Origin: Oculina patagonica
Lineage: Eukaryota
Length of the DNA: 64,000 nt
Assembly (NCBI RefSeq): GCF_052425735.1
Contig: NC_135759.1
Coordinates: 22,878,001 to 22,942,000, forward strand
Direction: 5' to 3'
Part shown: piece after piece, positions 57,967 through 64,000 of the stretch
How positions within the stretch are numbered: position 1 is the stretch's first letter
How the letters are laid out: each line of letters begins with the position of its first letter
Notes under the pieces: generated by a model
Databases searched by the model: none
Told to the model about the DNA's origin: nothing
Seen by the model: the letters and a program-made list of their open reading frames with translations, nothing else
Made by a program: the position numbers and the translations under genes

Positions 57967-60900
57967 ACCATTATATTCTCAGAGCACAAAACAAAAAGAA
58001 CCTGGGAATCAGTAAGGAGATTCTATATTCAAGCCTTGACCTCAAAGAGCTGTGGAAATTTTGTGATTGGTTCGCTTATAAATTATTTTAATTGTCATTT
58101 TCCACTTTCAGTGGCAAAGGATATGATGTATTTTTGGCTGAAAAGTTGTAAATATAAAATCCTTGATTTTTTTTTGGTTGCATATCCAAGGACTGCAGTT
58201 GGTATCTTGGCCTAGTCAAGCATCACAAAGAAAGAACTACTTACTAGACAACTACAGACAAGAACTTAAACCATGTTCAACACATTGAAATTAACATGCC
58301 TGCAGGAACTGACTTGTTTTCGTAAAACGGATAAACTCTGTTTCGCTCGTGAACATTTTATTATTTTAGTCTTAATCGTCACTGTATGACTGAAACAATC
58401 AGTCATTTGACACAGCTAATAAATGATGTATGTACAGTTTTATAAACAGGAACCTCTGTGAATTACAAACCACTTGGACAAAAATGTTTCTGTCTTGATA
58501 CGATCACAATCAATTTCATCTTTGAGAGTCCTAAACCACTGCATTTGAACAAATTTATTTTATTAAAAATATCTGGTACAGTACGTTCTGCATGAATAGT
58601 TGGCCTAAGATAACTCAGTCATGGGTATTCACAGATTTGGGAAATATTCATTTACATTCATCCAGAAAAGTATTTGCCTGCTCCAGCTCAAGGAAATGTC
58701 ATTTTTATCATAACAAACTAGTAGTTTATCAACATCAGCATGCCATCCCAGTTGCACAATTTTAAAACTCTTATTCATGAGGTCATTAAATTCCCATTAT
58801 AAAATCACCAAACAAGGTAAAGGGAGGATGTAGCTCAGCTTCAAGCAAATTAAGACTACTACCATGTAGAAATTATACACGAGTGGCAAAAATGCACCTG
58901 TCCAGTAATAACTATTTTCACCACTTCACTTGTTTGGGCCAAATTTCTGGACAATGAAATTTTGCTAGTAGATTGGTGTTCTGAAGTCTTGATTAAGTTT
59001 TTCATTTCCTGTCCTGTACGTGATCAACATTGAAAGCGCTTGGTGCAAAAAGGTTCCTGATCTATTTACTTCATGTAACAGTTAAGTTTTACTTGATTAG
59101 GAACTTTTTTGCAAAATGCAGCCCTTTTATTCACAAGCTGACCTAAAATATTTGGTCAACCCATAAAGTGATTAACATCCTGCCAAAATTTGACTGAGTC
59201 AGGACTTCAGAAACTGATTCAAGTATGGGATTGCATCATCCCTATGCCTGACCTGTCATGACAGTTAAGAAATGCTTTTTAATACCACATTTCTCCTGAA
59301 ACCCATACAAATGACACATCCCCATAGCTCCTAACATTTCCTTGAGGTGGTTATTGCAAATACATTTTTATGGAGGTCAGTGAATGTACATGCATTCACA
59401 AAACTTTTTAGGCAATTTTCTATCAAGAGCTTTTTATACGTAAAATTCATCATTTTGGCCAATTGTGCATGCATAACATTTTACAATTATTGGGTGATGA
59501 ATTGATCATCAATTTTATATTCCATGCGGCTCCTAATGCAGTGGTCAAGGACTACTACACCCAATTTAACATCTTGTTTACAATATTTTAAATGGCTGTC
59601 TAGGGGCCGTAATTGACAGAGGTTCGCAGATTCTCAATTTGCAACTTTATAAACAGACCAGTAAGTGTGCCATAATGGCTTGCTGTTTGGAAATCAAAGG
59701 CCAATTCAATCTATAAAAGGCAATCTTTGTTTATGTCAGGAGTCTTCTCCTTCACCCAAAAATTAAATGTTATTTCATTTGGCAAACTTATGAATAATAG
59801 ATGCTTTGTTAGCAACTGTCAAAAATTAGAGCAATATGAGAGGAAAAATTAAATATTGAACTTCTACGGTATTTCCTTTACAAAAATGAAAACATTAACA
59901 GTAATTTGTATGGCATGGCAATTATTCAGTCTACAGTGCCACTCAGCCATAGAAGCATCTCAGCATAAAATAACTTGCAACTTTTGAATTCACCATTTGC
60001 CAAAGCAAGTTTCAGTCTGTTCCATTCAAAATTACCATGACTATGTCTAAAAAGACAATGACATCAGCAATGATTGCCTTAGATGCCTGTCCAAGTATCA
60101 ATTGTACAGCGTCATTTATTTGCTATTTATAGGAATTTCTTTTCAAGACTTAGAGCAGTTTTCAGTTAGGGGGTAACTATTAAAATCACAACAAAAATTA
60201 ATGTAGTTACAATGTTGTTACAATATAAATTACAATGTGATAAGCCAATCAGAACCAAAATACAGGTAACTGAAGCAAAGTACTGGAAAATGCATGTCTC
60301 TGACTAGCCTGCATGGCAAGCTCTCTGGGCGGGGACAGGGGGGTTGCAGGGGAATGGCAGGAGAAAAAAGGAAAGAACTCTATTTCCCTTTCTCCACCTC
60401 CCCCCTTGTTTTGTAGATTGAGACTAATTCAATTGCCAACAAGTGACTGATGTACAAAAAGGTACTATAACAACTTGGAACATCTGGTAACTTCTTCTTG
60501 ATTTGCTTCTAAAAGCCAAGCTAATCTTAACATGTAACCTAACAGCATTGCTTGATAACCAATGCAACTAATGCATTAAGAGTTCTGGAAGTTCCAAGTC
60601 ATTTTAATTTCTTTCAAAGGATGCAGAAATCACTTTCATTGATATCTCTTCTTTTGGCAAAAAAGGCAATAAAAACAAATTTGAGGATATTTTTTACCAG
60701 TTGCCATGTATCCCTTATACTTTGCTTCAATTTGAGAGTAACTTATACATAATTTGTTTTTCACCAAATGGAACAAATTTTATAAAAGCAAACAAATGAG
60801 TTAAAATTCTAGTTGCCATGGTGACTAAAGAAGTCACAAGTTGGAGGGTTGTAAGAGCTTCATAGGTGATTGTAGCCAAATAAGCTTCTTTGATTTTCAA

Positions 60901-61183
60901 TTTCTTTTGTAATCTTGGTTAGCTGCATGATGTGCCAATAGATATTGTGGAATTCCAGTTTCATGAATCTCCAAGGGAAATGAAAATTTCTTAAAGAAAT
61001 CAGGAGTAAAATTACGGTGCTTGACTTAGTGAAGCAAATCCAAGGGAAATGACTTTTAGTTCTAGAGTTATTAGGAGTTTCTGTAAATTGAGATTTCAAG
61101 AAATTGGGATTCCACTGTATATATTAACTGATTCATTTTCTGGATGTACAATAATCGTCCTTTGTTTTATTCCATATTTTGTT

Positions 61184-61468
61184 TAGAGCAGTTTTCAATT
61201 GAGTATCGTAAAACCAAAACCAAAGTAATTACTCTGGCCAAGCACAAAGGACCGAGACAGCCTATTGAACTAATCAAAACTCGAAGCAAATACATGTAGC
61301 TGGCACGAAGTGCGGGAAAACATGCGTGAGCGAGTCACGATTGGTTTAGGTTTTAGTTCTGATTGGCTGAGAAAGTGGCGCGAGATTTTTAAGCCAATTA
61401 CTAAGCATAGTAATGCAAAACCAAAGCAAACGCAATTTACTTTTGACACTCGAGTGAAAACCGCTCTA
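61184..61468 (-). mobile_element. MITE, TAGAGCGGTTTTCA family (reverse copy)
   Basis: Reverse complement of 56626-56894. Confidence 0.8.
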
Positions 61469-61686
61469 TTTATTTTAACAAGTATAAAAATAAAGTAGGA
61501 TTTTGGCAGAATTACAAAATGTAGTCTCAGTTGTCTTTGTCTTGCTAGAAATTCATAACTGTGCATACAGACTGTCTTATTCATGTTTGTAGGCCCTATC
61601 CACAAGATAACTCACTTTCCAGTAGATTAGTGCTGATAAAACATACTGCGAGCTATCCACTGGATAGTGATTTATCCAGCGGATAG

Positions 61687-62237
61687 CCAGCAGGTATATT
61701 TTTCAGATTGCAGAATGCACAATTATGATGGTCAGCGGTATTAGTGTAAAACCGGTAGGTGCATTATAAAGTATGATGAACTGATAACATACATGAAGTG
61801 CCTACTGTAAAATGTGCTGTTCCATGACATGAAGTACTTTCTCACAAGGGTGAATCATCTTATTCAGTGGAATGGAGGAATCACGGAATGTCACTCAGCT
61901 AGTTTGCTTTCAGTAAGCTTCACCCTGGTTTGCTTGCGGTTAGCTTCACCCCTCAGCTAGCTTTTACTCCAGTTTGCTTGCAGTTAGCCTTCACTCTAAT
62001 TTGCTAGTGGTTAGCTGTTTGCTTGCGGTTAGCTTTCACTCCGGTTTGCTTGCAGTTAGCTTTAATTTGTTGGTTAGAGCATTATACCCATGGAATGGCA
62101 TGTTTTTTGGTGGGCACTTCATGTTTGATATCAGTTTATCATATTTTATGATGCTTCTACCTGTTTCACACCCTATACCACTGACCATCATTCTGTGTTC
62201 TAAATAATTTCTGAGTTCTGCAGAATACCTCTGCTGG
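61687..62237. mobile_element. Long-TIR element with an internal ~25-bp tandem repeat, nested in another MITE
   Basis: CCAGCAG..ATGATGGTCAGCGGTAT..ACATGAAGTGCC vs its reverse complement at 62090-62237; GTTTGCTTGC(G/A)GTTAGC repeats; host MITE halves TTATCCAGCGGATAG | TTATCCACCCTTTGAACAAATGGGCCCAG. Confidence 0.6.
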
Positions 62238-63376
62238 CAGAAAGATTTATCCACCCTTTGAACAAATGGGCCCAGGCCAACATTAAGTGGCATTAAGTGG
62301 CCGCATAACGAGGTGATAGTAAGTAATAGTAACTGGAGTGAGAGGAGAACTATTTTGAGAGCAGTCTTTCAGAACCCACTTGAGTGAAAAAGTCAAAGGT
62401 ATATTCAATCAGTTTGAACAGCAGAAAAATAGCAAGAAAGAACCCATCTAAGTGTCCATTGTATGTGATCATAGTTAGATGTGATTGATGCACGAATGGC
62501 ACAAGTATCCAATTACAGGTAATCAATAACAAAAAGTTGAAATCTGATAGCTGTAATTGGGCACCCTTGTGATTGTGCCACAATCACACTACAAATAGAG
62601 ATGTGCAGAGCCAATCAAAATCGAGAAATCTGTTATAGATAAGATAAGGCGGCATTATTTTTCATGGTTGCATTGGTTCAACCAACACACGCCTGGCAGC
62701 AGTTTCTTTTGCAAATTGAATGGAAAGATTCCTTGCAGTAGCTGTTGCTGTAAGCTTGTTAATATCTACCATTAGGAATAGTCACTACTGAAAAGCAACA
62801 AGTCTACCTGCTCTTAAAACCCCCCTCTTTCAAGGTCTCTTCAATAGGGATGTCCAAAGCGGGAATTTCTAGCACAACATTTGTCAGACGTTTTTGGGAA
62901 GCTTATATCTGTTTTTGGTTTGAAACATTATAAACAGTTTGATTTTACTTTAGATCGCGGTGATGGGTGACAAACCTCTAGCCTTGGAACCCAAGAGAAA
63001 ACATGTTAGATGTGGATTGCAATTGTTTTCCGCGCGTCTTTTGAAAATTCTCCATTGCAATGGTTTTCCACATTGTGTTGACTGACATATAAAGTCGTGA
63101 AATGCAATATACCAACCTTTTTCCCTGTGTAACCTTTCTGTCAACCTTGTTATCTCTCTTCGGCCAAGGAGTAACATGCTACTTGGATTAAGCCGATTGC
63201 ACTTTGTCACGAATTGCAGTCTCCATTCAGCTTCATTTCAAATCCATTTCAATGTAAACGCGGGACACGCGCGAAGAGACAGTGCAAGGAAGACAATTTA
63301 GTATGGCTTACATAACGTGTGACAAACGCTTTATTCCAGGTCCCTGACCGGGACTGGCAGCTTGTTCTGGGAAATT

Positions 63377-63790
63377 TTACAGTGATTTCATTTTTTGGCC
63401 GCCCGCCGAATTGTTGGGAGGACGAGTGCAACGGCGCAGCGACTTCGACAGTCCCACCGGCCCGAGACTTTCAGGAGGGAACAGAACTGAGATTGGAACT
63501 GGTCAAGGAAAGGAAGAGAAGCGGACGTTCGCACAGCGACCGAAGTGATGCCGAAAAGGTAGTATATACACACTCGGAGGCACATCACCAGTCTCGAGTG
63601 TGCCGGAAAACTGGATGTCCAAAAGCGACCGAGCGAGCGACCGAGTCGCGCGGCCCGCGCGACAATGACATTGTCCAGGAGCGATCGACAGAGATCGGGC
63701 CGAAGCGCAAGACGAAGGGACGCACCGCACGGGCCCAAGCCATCCCACGACGCAAAGCGGGCGGCCAAAGTAAACTGAAATCCACTGTAA
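63377..63790 (-). other. GC/CpG-rich ~410-bp module closed by inverted repeats, with nested stems; candidate structured RNA
   Basis: TTACAGTGATTTCATTTTTTGGCCGCCCGC pairs with GCGGGCGGCCAAAGTAAACTGAAATCCACTGTAA; nested TGGGA/TCCCA and CGGCCCGA/TCGGGCCG; internal hairpins. Confidence 0.5.
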
Positions 63791-64000
63791 TTGAGTAAAA
63801 TTTTCTGGATCGAAATAAAAAGCGCTTTTAAAATCCTCACTCTATTTTTATGTCAAAATATGGGATTTTCGTCAAGATGCAACTCTCAAGAGAATATGAT
63901 ATCGATCGCCATAGAAAAAGTGTAAATACTATGATAATTAATTTATTTTTAGTATTTTTGTTGTTATTGTCGTCGATATTGAAGTGAGTAAGAGAAAAGA

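Noticed and set aside
63440-63475. RNase P/MRP CR-I-like GAAAGUC on the minus strand
   Set aside because: It lies near the 3' end of the module instead of the 5' third, and no P4 partner was found
63319-63840. Overlapping 159-aa and 150-aa ORFs
   Set aside because: Non-ATG starts and no recognisable domain; openness is explained by high GC content

Overview
Eukaryotic, AT-rich, intron-rich animal DNA. The repeat families resemble those of a stony coral (cnidarian; this is inference). The left 36 kb holds four intact conserved genes that I reconstructed exon by exon with GT-AG junctions and consistent phases: an intronless CDADC1-like double deaminase (+, 3448-5127), DBF4 (-, 6 exons, 459 aa), SRP72 (-, 21 exons, 668 aa) and the COE/Collier/EBF transcription factor (+, 15 exons, 639 aa). 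SRP72 and COE are head-to-head, and a perfect EBF-binding palindrome lies just upstream of COE. The right 27 kb has no intact protein gene that I can support. It contains a promoter-like multi-exon unit with no long ORF, decayed Gypsy and RTE retroelements, SINEs, many MITEs, a triplicated unit with micro-exon-like splice signals, and a decayed tandem exon array. Two GC-rich modules closed by inverted repeats (1663-1855 and 63377-63790) look like structured RNAs on the minus strand. Most ORFs in the supplied track are spurious or are exon fragments. No CRISPR, rRNA or convincing tRNA gene was found.
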